Positions 52,817-64,000 of a DNA stretch of 64,000 nt are shown piece by piece (within the stretch, counting starts at the first letter, position 1; each line of letters starts with the position of its first letter). The notes under the pieces are model-generated. The model was not told where the DNA came from, did no database searches, and was given only the letters and a program-made list of their open reading frames with translations. The position numbers and the translations under genes were made by a program. This DNA comes from Malacoraja senta. Its lineage: Eukaryota. Where the stretch lies: assembly GCA_038087875.1 (NCBI GenBank), contig CM075982.1, positions 5,022,001-5,086,000 on the forward strand, written 5' to 3'.

Positions 52817-53707
52817 CATCAATAAAAGTTTCCAAAGGTGATGGAAACACTGGAGGAAAGACTACGTGCTGAGAGCTGGCTCTCTTATACCTGCATTAAG
52901 GAGGCACACCTGAGCAATTACAAACGCCTGTGAAGCCATGTGTCCCAAACATTATGGTGCCCTGAAATGGGGGGACTATGTATAAACACAGCTGTAATTT
53001 CAACATGGTGATACCAGAATGAATAAAAATGACCTTTAATAAAATCTGACAAATTGCACTTTAACCACATGTGATATTTTTCTATTACAAATCTCAAATT
53101 GTGGAGTACAGAGGCAAATAAATAAATGATGGGTCTTTGTCCCAAACATTATGGAGGGCACTGTACCTGTCCAAATGTGTTTTATATTTATAGGACCTGC
53201 CTACGTGGTACATAGTAACAACAAATGAATTAATAATTATAATTTTCAAATACCCATTTTCAATACAGTGTTTTGGAACTCAAGGACAAATACATAACCT
53301 CAGATAAAATTGTAGTTTCTATGTTATCTTTAAAACTGTCCTTACATTTTCATTGTAAGATGAGCAGGTTTTGAAAGCCCTATTCTCGTTTGGTATTCAA
53401 ATTGGGGAATAATGTTTATAACTGTTAAAGGTTCATCTTGCTGCATTCCGAGTTCACTAATTTTGCCTGGAAAGCAAAACTAAAACATTTGAAGTATAGT
53501 TGCTGTTATTCTGCATCTCTGTGGTCAAGGAACTTCACTTTTTTAGCTTTTCCATGGTTTGTCAATTTATATGACGCAGGGCAGATTTACTTCATACTTG
53601 ATAGTGGAGCAGGACCACTTGATTTATACACATACCTCACATTGGTTACATTATATCCATGTTTCTTGATTAATGGTATGGAATTCAAACATTAAAGTCA
53701 GTAAATG

Positions 53708-54085
53708 ACAATAGACAATAGACAATTGGTGCAGGAGTAGGTCATTTGGCCCTTCGAACCAGCACCGCCATTCAATGTGATCATGGCTGATCATCCCCAA
53801 TCAGTACCCCGTTCCTGCCTTCTCCCCATATCCCCTGACTCCGCTATTTTTAAGAGCCCTATCTAGCTCTCTTTTGAAAGCATCCAGAGAACCTGCCTCC
53901 ACCGCCATGTGAGGCAGAGAATTCCACAGACTCACCTCTCTCTGTGAGAAAAAGTGTTTCTTTGTCTCCGTTCTAAATGGCTTGCTCCTTATTCTTAAAC
54001 TGTGGCCCCTGGTTCTGGACTCCCCCAACATCGGGAACATGTTTCCTGCCTCTAGTGTGTCCAAGCCCTTAACAATCTTCATGTT
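53708..54085 (-). mobile_element. CR1 3' fragment
   Basis: KGLDTLEAGNMFPMLGESRTRGHSL...GYGEKAGTGY; (gacaata)n tail on the + strand. Confidence 0.9.
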
Positions 54086-54384
54086 TCTTTAAAAAATACA
54101 TGATATTCATATTGAAGGAAATATTGGATGCTGACAGTATGCCAAAATTAAATTTGAACTAAATGTATGCCCATTTGAACTACCTTATGTATACCCAACA
54201 GGAATAAAATAATGTTATATCAACTAAAAATGAATAGTTGTCGCTAAAATAACAAATGAACCCTGTCTTTTAGTTGGATGTCCATACATAGTGTAATATG
54301 TTCATGGCATAGAGAACAGATAGCCTTGTTTAGTTTGCTCCAACTAAGAATGGTTATAATCTATTCTTATAATTTGTTATAACC

Positions 54385-54800
54385 ATCATGGGTCTGACCT
54401 CCCCACCATCGAGGGGATCTATAGGAGTCACTGCCTCAAAAAAGGCAGCCAGCATCATCAAGAACCCACACCATCCTGGTCACACTCTCGTTTCACCTCT
54501 GCCATCGGCAAGAAGATACAGGAGTCTGAAAACTGTAACATCCAGGTTCAGGAACAGCTTCTTCACAACAACTATCCGGCTATTAAACACTCTGAACTAT
54601 GAATTTCCTGGGTTGCAGTCGGGACTTTAGTTTTTTTTTGCACCATGTTATTTTTTTTAATTGAACTTATTTTATTTTTATTTGTTATATTTATATTATC
54701 TGTTGAGTACTGTGTTTACAATCTGTTGTACTGCTGCAAGTAAGAATTTCATTATTATGTTTCGGGACATAAGACAATAAAACACTCTTAACTTTTGACT
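54385..54800 (+). mobile_element. Rex1/Babar-like LINE 3' fragment
   Basis: KAASIIKNPHHPGHTL..LPSARRYRSL..TSRFRNSFF motif; ends with gacaataaaacactctt. Confidence 0.75.
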
Positions 54801-54834
54801 ATAAGTAACTTTCTGTATGTGTGATTTAATACAG

Positions 54835-54940
54835 GGCTAACCCATTAGGAATGAAGGGTCATATGGCTAAGTGCTATGGAGATCTTATCCAAGAGTTGTG
54901 GAGTGGAACTCAGAAGAATATAGCACCACTTAAACTCAGG
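54835..54940 (+). CDS. USP32: USP32 exon ~21 (ANPLGMKGHMAKCYGDLIQELWSGTQKNIAPLKLR)
   Basis: atacag / gtaggg, 106 nt. Confidence 0.95.
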
Positions 54941-55350
54941 GTAGGGCATATAGTAATATAAAATATTTACTAGAATAAACCCATTTATGTTAGTAATTAA
55001 ATCAATATATTGAATTTAATGTGTTTATATTGGCAAATTTATTATATTGTGGAATTGTGAAAATTAGAATCAGATTTTTAACATGTTTGCAGTTATTTCT
55101 CACGGTTTTAAATATTTTTATTACATAATCCTGTACAGTCCAATATTGTGAAAAATCAAGAACTGATATCTAATTAACAGATTTGACATTACAAACCAGA
55201 AAAAAATAATGTTTAAATGGAAAGCTTTAATGCTTAGGGACAATTGTGGAGGGATGGAGATGGAAAGGAAGAGGACAAAATGAAATAATAATATCAATGC
55301 CACTTTGTTTGCTCTTTGCCAACATTAAATTTTATTTTGTTTTATTTTAG

Positions 55351-55553
<203 letters not shown>

Positions 55554-56378
55554 TAATCAAAGTATATCCCTGGTGAATATGATGTCTTAAGAATCTTTTG
55601 AATTTGGGTGTTTGTATTACTAAACTGAAGATTGCGGGTTTGATTTGGCGTAAATTGATAAGTCTGTCTATTTTTAAATGGGTAATTTCAAAACTTGATT
55701 ATTTCCCACTTTTTTGATCATCAGAAAGCCTTTTGCAATTTGTTTCTTTCCCATCTAATCATATAGTCAAAAGAAAAATAGAAAAAAGTGCATCTTTTCC
55801 TTTGAAAATACTGAGAAATTCTTCAGCAATTTCATAAGGATGTGTTCTGCTAGAAAGTATATGTTGTCACATGCATCACAGAAATTAATGTGGGTGATGA
55901 TTGGAAATGGAGTTAGACCATATTTTAATTTGAAGTATTCCAGTTTATTGCACAGAAATAATTGCAGTAAGAACTCCTGGAACCCTGCTCAGAAATCATA
56001 CTGCACATTTAATTGTGTGAAACATTATGAATTATGAACTATAATTCCAGGTTTCTTGCTGTGTATAATCAGCAGGCATTTTTTTAATTGCTTATTCTGA
56101 TAATTAATATGACTTTGGCAGGTTTTCAATCATTCAATACCTAAATCAAAAAAGTCTCAGTGAAATATTCATGTTAATGTATCCTTTTTGAGTACTTATT
56201 TTTTCAGATGTACTGTTGGCAAATTTGACTCTTCTGAGTTTTACTTTGCAAAGAAAAATGATGAATAATTTAATGCATATTGTGTACTTTAAGGCTGAGT
56301 GTTTTAAAGCCACACAAGATACCCGCTATCTCATCGCCAATGGTAAACATTGCCCTCTCATTTTTCTTACCCTTTTAG

Positions 56379-56553
56379 GCATGGGACAATCACTTGAGGA
56401 GAAATAAATCAATTGTTGTTGACCTGTTTCATGGACAACTAAAATCGCAAGTTAAATGTAAAACGTGTGGTCACATCAGTGTTCGGTTTGATCCATTTAA
56501 CTTCTTGTCCTTGCCTCTGCCAATGGATAGCTATCTACACCTAGAAATAACAG
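56379..56553 (+). CDS. USP32: USP32 exon ~23 ([32 protein letters not shown]...LEIT)
   Basis: ttttag / gtttgt, 175 nt. Confidence 0.95.
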
Positions 56554-57584
56554 GTTTGTCAGTACATAAAATGGCTGGGAGGGGGGGGGGTGGCTTCATA
56601 TTGCTGAGAAAATTGACATTGATATCCAAAGTATCTTCTCGGGTATTGAAGTGTTTTTAATTTTTACCATCTGCATATTTTATGAATTTGGAGGAAAAGC
56701 CAAAATCAGTATTTCCCCAAAATCTACAAAATTTACAAAATGCACAAATTGTAAAATATACCACAGTAGAAAATATTCTTGATTTTCTTAAGTACGTCAT
56801 CTTAATCATAAGACAGTACCCACCACTAGGGCACCTTTGCTGTAGGACACTTTCCATTTGTTCTAGTCTTTCGCCATCCTTGCACAATCAATATATTTTT
56901 ATTCAGAGGGTTTGATGTTGGGATGTTCACTGTTGATTACACAATATTTAATGTGCAACTCCTTAGAAAATGAAACAATTTTAGACAACATTTGAGCAAG
57001 GGCTGACAATTGGCAAGTGACATTCACACCTCAAATGTACTGGGCAATGAAGGTCAACAACAGAGGCCCCACCATCTAACTTTGACTTTCAAGATCCTTT
57101 GCTGATTTTCCACCAAACCTTCAATTGGTCCAGGACATAAAATTGTGTGGCTACAAAGAAAGTGAATTCTGTGGTGAATGACTAATCTCTTAAAATTCCA
57201 TGTACAAAATCAGGAGCATGGGTGAATACTTTCCACTTGCCTAGAAGAATGAAACTCTAATTATGATCAAATTTGATAAAGCAGTTTGTTTGCTTATCGC
57301 AAGCATCACCTAAATGCACATTTTCTTCACTGCTGTGCTCAGTGGCTCCAATCTGTACTGATTATAAAATGCACTATAGTTATTTACCCAGGAAACGGCT
57401 ACAACAGCTCCTGATATGCGAGGGACAATGGAAACAAAACTACCTGCAGGCTCCCTTCATGTCTTGGAAATCTCTATTGATCATTGAATCTAAATGCTAT
57501 AACTTACCACCCTTCCGGATTGTTGGAGAACCTTCCACCAGAAGGTGGTCTGTTGTATAATATGGTTAACCAATACTTTTTCAA

Positions 57585-57660
57585 GGGTAGACACAAAATG
57601 CTGGAGTAACTAAGCAGATCAGCCAGCCTCCCTGGAGAAAAAGAATAGGTGATGTTTTGG
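57585..57660 (-). mobile_element. Penelope-terminus fragment
   Basis: gtagacacaaaatgctggagtaact...ggtgatgttttgg. Confidence 0.6.
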
Positions 57661-58732
57661 TATAACATTTGTTCAGCTAATGTTTACCGTGATCAAATTC
57701 AGACCAAACTCCTTGGGTATGGACTTGCTATACAAAACTTCCAGAGTTTAATTATTCAACTTGCGTCTTTTAAAGCTGAGAAATGGGTCTGCAAAGTATT
57801 GATGTTCTGATGTTGGAAACTGGGGCATTTTAGCAGCCAGAGATAAAGGACATTTTGCTTCTTGCTATCGCTTTTATAGATGATGCTAAGTGGTTTGTGG
57901 TTAAAAGGAGTGATAAAAGTCTTCCAGTACATGATGCTTTAAGTATTTTTTTTGCAATAAAACAGAAGATGCTAGAGGTACTCACCAGGACAGGCAGTGT
58001 CTGTGGAGGGAGAAACTGTTAATATTTCAGATGTGGCATTTCATTATGCCTGGAAAAGCGACAAAATAAGTGCATCTGATAATGTAGAGAGGACGGGTGG
58101 AGCGTGATGCAAAAATCGTGTCTTTGGTAAGATAGCAATCAAGATTGCCCAGGTAATAGCACTGAAAGCAATTATATCTAGATAATAGCTGAACTCCCTG
58201 TAGGAGTACAGACTGAGGAATATGAGTGAGGGCAGTTAGAGAAATGAAAACCTTGCTGGTATTGTGAGATGCAGAACAGAGCAATTGCTGGAATAAAGGA
58301 AAACACTGAAAGCACGCAGCAGGAATGGCAACATCTTAGATAAGAACTGAATAAATGTTACAGGTGGATGACCTGGCATTACAACTTTACAGTTAGAAAT
58401 GCTAATTATCTGAAATTGCTTCATTCAGGATTGAATCCCAAGGGCGACAACATACAAAATATCTGATCTGATTAGATAGCATGCAGAATAATGCTTCTCA
58501 TTGTACCTCGGTACAAGCGACAATAACAAACCCAAACATAAACAACAAAGGATAAATGGCTTAAGAACTGGTCTCCACTTTTTTTTAATGCCTGAAGTTT
58601 AAAAAAAAAAATTCACTTTATCCTCAGAGCTGAGTAACATACTGTTGAAGGAAAAGATGAGTGGTGCTGCTAACTCTTTAATAATGGCAAAAATTATGCT
58701 GATGTGATGAGAAGAAATTTTCTCTTTTTCAG

Positions 58733-58884
58733 TTATAAAATTAGATGGTTCAACGCCAGTCCGATACGGTTTACGATTGAATGTGGATGAGAAATATACT
58801 GGTTTGAAAAAACAATTAAGTGATTTGTGTGGACAGAAATCGGAGCAGATCTTGCTGGGAGAGGTTCATGGTTCAAATATAAAA
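58733..58884 (+). CDS. USP32: USP32 exon ~24 (VIKLDGSTPVRYGLRLNVDEKY...HGSNIK)
   Basis: tttcag / gtgagt, 152 nt. Confidence 0.95.
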
Positions 58885-59274
58885 GTGAGTATCCTCTTCG
58901 GCAGAAACAGTCATACAATTGTTCAGCTCCCTAAAGACTGGTATTGTATTTCCTTCACAGAATGTCTGTGCTTCTTGATGAGTTGAAACTAAGATTTAAA
59001 TGCTTAATGTAATCCTCTCAAAATTTGCACCTCTAATTGGGATGTCATCCTTCAACTGATTATAGTTGATTGCAAGACAACTTGAGAAATTCAAGGGATA
59101 AATTCCACTTTCAAAGAAGTGTATTCTGGAGAGTAGTCATAAATTCGTCAAAGACATAATTGAACATGCACAACTTCTGTCTTTGCTATTTTAAAAAATT
59201 AGTCGTCAAAATTAATAGAAATGTGAATCAAGCAGTAACATATCCAATGATTAATTTTATTTTTTTTATATCAG

Positions 59275-59386
59275 AATTTTCCTCAGGATAACCAGAAAGT
59301 ACGTCTGTCAGCAAATGGTTACCTTTGTGCTTTTGAAATCCCTGTTCCAGGATCACCAACTTCTGCCACCTCTCCTGTACTGACAG
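59275..59386 (+). CDS. USP32: USP32 exon ~25 (NFPQDNQKVRLSANGYLCAFEIPVPGSPTSATSPVLT)
   Basis: tatcag / gtaata, 112 nt. Confidence 0.94.
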
Positions 59387-59587
59387 GTAATAGTCCATTG
59401 AGTTACATGTCGGTGTAGTTGTGCAAGTGGATGAATTGTAGGTATTATACAAATATGGGTTAGTACAAATGCTGAAAAATGTTTCCATATCCTGCAACAT
59501 TCAACTTTATGCAGGTTTGAATTAATATAACTATTGTTATTTGTCATTAGAGTGTTCTCCTTCCCTCCAACATAAAGCCAGCAGTGG

Positions 59588-59945
59588 TTTAGTTTAGTTT
59601 ATTATCATGTGAGCTGAGGTTAAGTGAAAAGCTTTTTGTTGCAATCTAACCAGTCAGTGGAAAGACTCTTCATAATTACAATTGAGACACCCACCGTTAC
59701 GGATACATGATAAAGGGAATAACGTTTAGTGCAAGGTAAAGTCCAATTAAATATATTCCGAGGGTCTTCAATGTAGATAGTAGCTCAGGACCACTCTCTA
59801 GTTGTTGGTAGGATGGTTCAGTTGCCTGATAACAGCTGGGAAGAAACTGAATCTGGAGGTGTGTTTCACACTTCTGTACCTCTTGCCTGATGGGAGAGAG
59901 GAGAAGAGGGAGTGACCGGGTTGAGACTCGTCCTTGATTATGTTC
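59588..59945 (-). mobile_element. Rex1/Babar-like LINE 3' fragment
   Basis: IIKDESQPGHSLFSSLPSGKRYRS...SFFPAVIRQLN. Confidence 0.75.
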
Positions 59946-60689
59946 ACTACTGATTGTACATTATTAGTTTCCATTTGCGGCAACTCCACTTGTATTCCGT
60001 GCCCATGTGCAGCAAGCACTAGACATACTGTGTACAGTCTAAGCCATTTCTTTATCTTGAAATGGCTCAAATTGGCTGAAGACTATATTTTGAGATATCG
60101 AGCCTCGGAAGACTGAGATAGATTAAGATAGATTACCCCATTTGCACTTCGAGCTGCAAATAATGAGGATGGAGGGAGATGGGGATGGAGGATGAGAGGG
60201 AGGGATGAGGGCAAGATGGAGGGAGAGTGCAGATGAGGGGATGGAAGTGAGGGCTCATCGTGGTCCCGAGGGCTGCAAATAATCATTGGTGCTCATCTTT
60301 TGTGTTATACTGGGTGCCACCATCATGGATAGAAATTTTTATGGACAGCCTCCTCTGGTGGTTAAACCATGACTGACACTCAGCCATATATATGAGCATT
60401 GGTGATTATTCATGACTAAATTTGGCAAGAGTAGAGCTTAAATTGATTTAGTCCATTTGTTGTGTGACTGCTGATGCTGGTTTACAACATGCTATTATTT
60501 CAGCATGCATATTATTATTTAATGTAGTTTCAGGTTAGCATCTCACTTTAAGAGTAAAGGTAGGCTTCTGCATGATCTTTTCCATTCCCCATTGAACTGA
60601 GGTTGGTCTCTGAGTTTATTGGTGAAAGTAGATTGAGAAATATGGTGCTTTGAGAATGGAGATTGGGCGAGAATAAAACTTTCTAAAGA

Positions 60690-60850
60690 CGAAGAATATG
60701 GCCAGTTGAAGTTGATTTCAGAACATGTCCAGGGACCTCATCTGGGCCAGATGTTTTCTGAGAGTTTATCCTCGTTAAAGCAGATCTGACTTCTGCAACT
60801 GAAATGTGAGGGACAGAGCCGGGGGGAGATGGGGTGACCTGTGTAGTTGG
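60690..60850 (-). mobile_element. LINE RT internal fragment (Rex1-like)
   Basis: ISVAEVRSALTRINSQKTSGPDEVPGHVLK resembles the K(A)xGPDG motif upstream of LINE RT domains. Confidence 0.6.
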
Positions 60851-60961
60851 AGTTTTGATTGCCCCATAAAACATAAATAACACAAGATAGTATTTGTCTA
60901 CAATATATTGTGAAATCATTTTGCTTTATTTATTAAAGCATAGTTTTTTTCTATTTGTAAG

Positions 60962-61173
60962 ATTCCTCCCAGGTGCCAATAGGTAATGGAATGCATAACC
61001 AGTCTTCGAATGCAAATCCAATGCAGCCAAACCTGATTCCGAATGGAATTCCCTGTACAGAGGTGCCAGCTGACAATGAGAAGAGCATCTCCAACGGCCT
61101 CCCCAATGGACACCTGCCTGGGCTTAATGACAGTCCATTCATAGGATACATTATTGCAGTTCACAGAAAAATG
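60962..61173 (+). CDS. USP32: USP32 exon ~26 (DSSQVPIGNGMH...DSPFIGYIIAVHRKM)
   Basis: tgtaag acceptor is in phase with exon 25; gtaatg donor; 212 nt. Confidence 0.88.
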
Positions 61174-61477
61174 GTAATGTATTGGTTCAAAATGGCTATT
61201 AAATTTTTTAATTACCTTTATTATAAATTTCTAAATCTAATCTACTTTTCGTATACATCAAAGAAATTATGACTGTTAAATGTAAAAATATGGAGTTGGT
61301 CTATTCAACACAGCTTTTGATTTTGCTGAAGTAATGGAGAGTATTTAAAGAATGAGAATGAAAAAATGAGAATTAGACATGGGGTTATATCATTGTCAAA
61401 ATATGATTGACTATTACAAACCTAGGAATTGTTTGGTGCAGTTCATCCCTCTAAGATGTTGATAATACTCTTTCAGA

Positions 61478-61570
61478 GTCTGACGAAGGGTCTCGACCTG
61501 AAACGTCACCTATTCCTTTTCTCCAGAGATGCTACCTGACCCACTGAGTTAATCCAGCATTTTGTATCTA
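61478..61570 (+). mobile_element. Penelope-terminus insert with intact hammerhead core
   Basis: gtctgacgaagggtctcgacctgaaacgtcacc... Confidence 0.72.
61480..61507 (+). ncRNA. Minimal type I hammerhead ribozyme core motif
   Basis: CUGACGA-a-GGGU(CUCG)ACCU-GAAA-CG-UC; GUC cleavage triplet; stem I only about 2 bp. Confidence 0.55.
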
Positions 61571-61662
61571 TTCCTTTTATTATCTGTGTACCCTGGAATC
61601 TTTTTGATCTTTGTTTCATGAGTATTATGGCTTGTAATATACATTCTTTATCTTTTGCACAG

Positions 61663-61847
61663 ATGCGGACAGAATTGTATTTTCTGTCCTCTCAGAAAAA
61701 TCGCCCCAGTTTATTCGGTATGCCACTTATCGTGCCCTGCACCATACATACTCGCAAGAAGGACCTCTACGATGCTGTATGGATACAGGTTTCACGACTT
61801 GCCAGTCCTTTGCCACCTCAAGAAGCCAGCAACCATGCTCAAGACTG
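61663..61847 (+). CDS. USP32: USP32 exon ~27 (MRTELYFLSSQKNRPSLFGMPLIVPC...ASNHAQD)
   Basis: gcacag / gtcagt, 185 nt. Confidence 0.96.
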
Positions 61848-62654
61848 GTCAGTGCAGATAGTAATTAATATTTCTTCCGAAGTGTGTGTAAAATATGATA
61901 CAAGTTCTAATATAGTTTACCACATAGTATGTAAATGCTATTTACAGAGTAAGAGCATTTCTAATAAGATTGGATTTTATTCTATGACGTTGTGTTGGAA
62001 TGATTGTGGAGGTTTGGCAGGCTTGACTTCCATGGTGGAGTAAGCATCAATTCTGAACTATGCATAATTAGTGCTGTGCAAATATTATTCATGTACAATT
62101 TTCCTTGCTGGTATGTGTTCCATTAAGTACTAAGTTAATATGTTGTATAGAACTGTTACATTGTCATTAAATGCGTGTTACTGCAAAATAAATTATAATA
62201 CAAGCACAAAAATATATTGGATTAAAAAAAAATCCATTTTAGAAAGCTTCAGGATTTTTGATTCGGCCTTTGCTAGATTTTGAGGCTGGATTTTGCATTT
62301 AGCAGAAAACAGTCCTGTTATTATTGATCTCCACCAAAGCAGTCACAAACAGAGTCATAGTCGTACAACTTTGGCCCAACTCATCCATTGAATCTCTGCT
62401 AATTACATTGTGATTTATATTAATTTTTAAATTGACATCTACCACGACAAAATTAGGCAAAGTTTGCTGTAGCCAACAAGAAGCAATGGAAAGTCTATAC
62501 AATTAGCCTCATCATTGTCAAAGTTATCAACTTTTGTCGGCATGGCCAAGTTGGGCTGAAAGGCCTGTTTCTGTGCTGAATGACTGACTCTATGACTCTT
62601 CCTTGGAAATCAGAAGAGTGTGATACAAGCCCAACTTCAAAAACATGATCCTTC

Positions 62655-63300
62655 AAAATCAGATCCTCTCTCACACCCCCCGCTGCTGAAAGACTCATCC
62701 ATGCCTTCATCTCCTCCCGACTGGACTACTGTAACTCTCTTCTCTTTGGAATCAATTCCAGCAGCATCAACCGACTCCAACTGGTCCAGAATGCAGCCGC
62801 TCGACTCATTACCCACACCAAATCCTGGCACCACATCACCCCAGTTCTCAAAGAACTTCACTGGCTTCCCATTTCCCACCGGATCACCTACAAAATCCTG
62901 GTCCTCACCTACAAAGCCCTCAACAACTTGGCCCCCCCTTATCTCACTGACCTCCTCTCCCCCTACCAACCCTCATGGTCCCTCAGATCCACATCAGCTG
63001 GTCTCCTCCACTCCGAAATCAAACCTCTGCACTTTTGGAGGCAGAGCCTTCTCCAGGGCAGCTCCCATGCTCTGGAATTCCCTCCCACAACTGGTCTGAA
63101 ATTCTGAGTCCCTCACCATCTTCCAGTCCCGCCTCATGACCCATCTCTTCACCTCTGCATACCCTTAGTCCCATGTTCCCCTCCCCTTTGCATCTCTGTC
63201 TTACTGCTCTATTTTGTTTTGTTTATTCTTGACTCTCGATGTAAAGCGACTTTGAGTCCTGAAAAGCGCTATATAAATAAAATCTATTTTTATTATTATT
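62655..63300 (+). mobile_element. L2-clade LINE 3' fragment
   Basis: LIHAFISSRLDYCNS...LQLVQNAAARL...HITPVLKELHWLP; tail gtaaagcgactttgag...aaagcgctatataaataaa followed by (tat)n. Confidence 0.9.
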
Positions 63301-63890
63301 ATATAATCGGGACTGAAGTAACAGTGCTACAATTATAAAGTTTCCTATTGTCCTGGTCCACATAAGCTTTTTACTGTAGCTCGGTACACTTGACAACAAA
63401 CTAAACTAAACATGAATACCTCATTCAAAGTTGGTAGGGAAAAAAAACACTTTCCTGGACAATTTGAGATCCAGGATGTGTAAATTGACAGCCATATCCG
63501 CCTAGATTAATGACAAAATCTTGATCCAGTTCATTCCCACACTGACTGCAAGCAGTTAGCCACATTGCCAAAATAGGCTCTGCTTGTTGTAATTGAAGCA
63601 CTTGGAGTTAAGGATGCGCAGGTACATCAACAAATGTCAGTTTGTTTAATCCTATTTAATGTCCTTATAGGTTCAATTCGGGTAAACTATTCTCTCGGTT
63701 ATTTTTAACACGATCAGTTCCATTTTATGTTTGGTCACAGATATTTAGTTACTCTTTTTTTTAAATGTTCTTTCCTGGTGCATCTTTAGGAATTCTTGTT
63801 TGTTGATTTTTTCATTTATGCTGTAGACTTTTTAATCCATTTGATGTATGTCCTTTTGTAAGGTTAATATCTTGTATATCTATATTCTAG

Positions 63891-63977
63891 TGATGACAGT
63901 ATGGGTTATCAATATCCATTCACGCTTCGAGTTGTTCATAAGGATGGAAATTCCTGTTCATGGTGTTCATGGTACAG
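63891..63977 (+). CDS. USP32: USP32 exon ~28 (DDSMGYQYPFTLRVVHKDGNSCSWCSWYR)
   Basis: ttctag / gtaagg, 87 nt. Confidence 0.95.
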
Positions 63978-64000
63978 GTAAGGACAAGACTTAGCTAGTT

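Larger units (their letters stand above)
50657..53163 (-). mobile_element. Tc1-like DNA transposon of IR/DR type, full length, defective
   Basis: ~220-bp terminal inverted repeats starting cagtgccctccataatgtttgggaca, with an inner direct repeat; TA on the right flank; transposase remnants. Confidence 0.93.

Noticed and set aside
56294-56342. Possible 49-nt cassette exon (ag|gctgag...aatg|gtaaac) that would restore the frame after the exon 22 deletion
   Set aside because: The following intron would be only 36 nt, and the TAA at 55480 comes before it.

Overview
This is AT-rich vertebrate DNA. The repeat content (V-SINEs, CR1, Penelope termini, Rex1-like and L2 LINEs) suggests a cartilaginous fish, probably a skate or ray (inference). 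The whole window lies inside one + strand gene, USP32 (ubiquitin-specific peptidase 32). I traced 26 consecutive GT-AG coding exons, about exons 3-28 by human numbering recalled from memory, encoding the EF-hand region, the DUSP/UBL region and the N-terminal part of the catalytic domain including the Cys box. Splice phases are consistent except for a 1-nt deletion in the QQQDSQE motif of exon 22. The introns are full of transposon relics. Main observations: (1) a dispersed family of ~100-180 bp Penelope-derived inserts carrying minimal hammerhead-ribozyme motifs, some with target-site duplications (TSDs), one as a tandem dimer and two as head-to-head inversions; (2) the exon 22 frameshift; (3) a candidate in-frame alternative donor on exon 16; (4) a triple nest, CR1 > Tc1 > L1; (5) a non-autonomous hAT element with an internal ~60-bp hairpin. 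Most ORFs in the supplied track are spurious.
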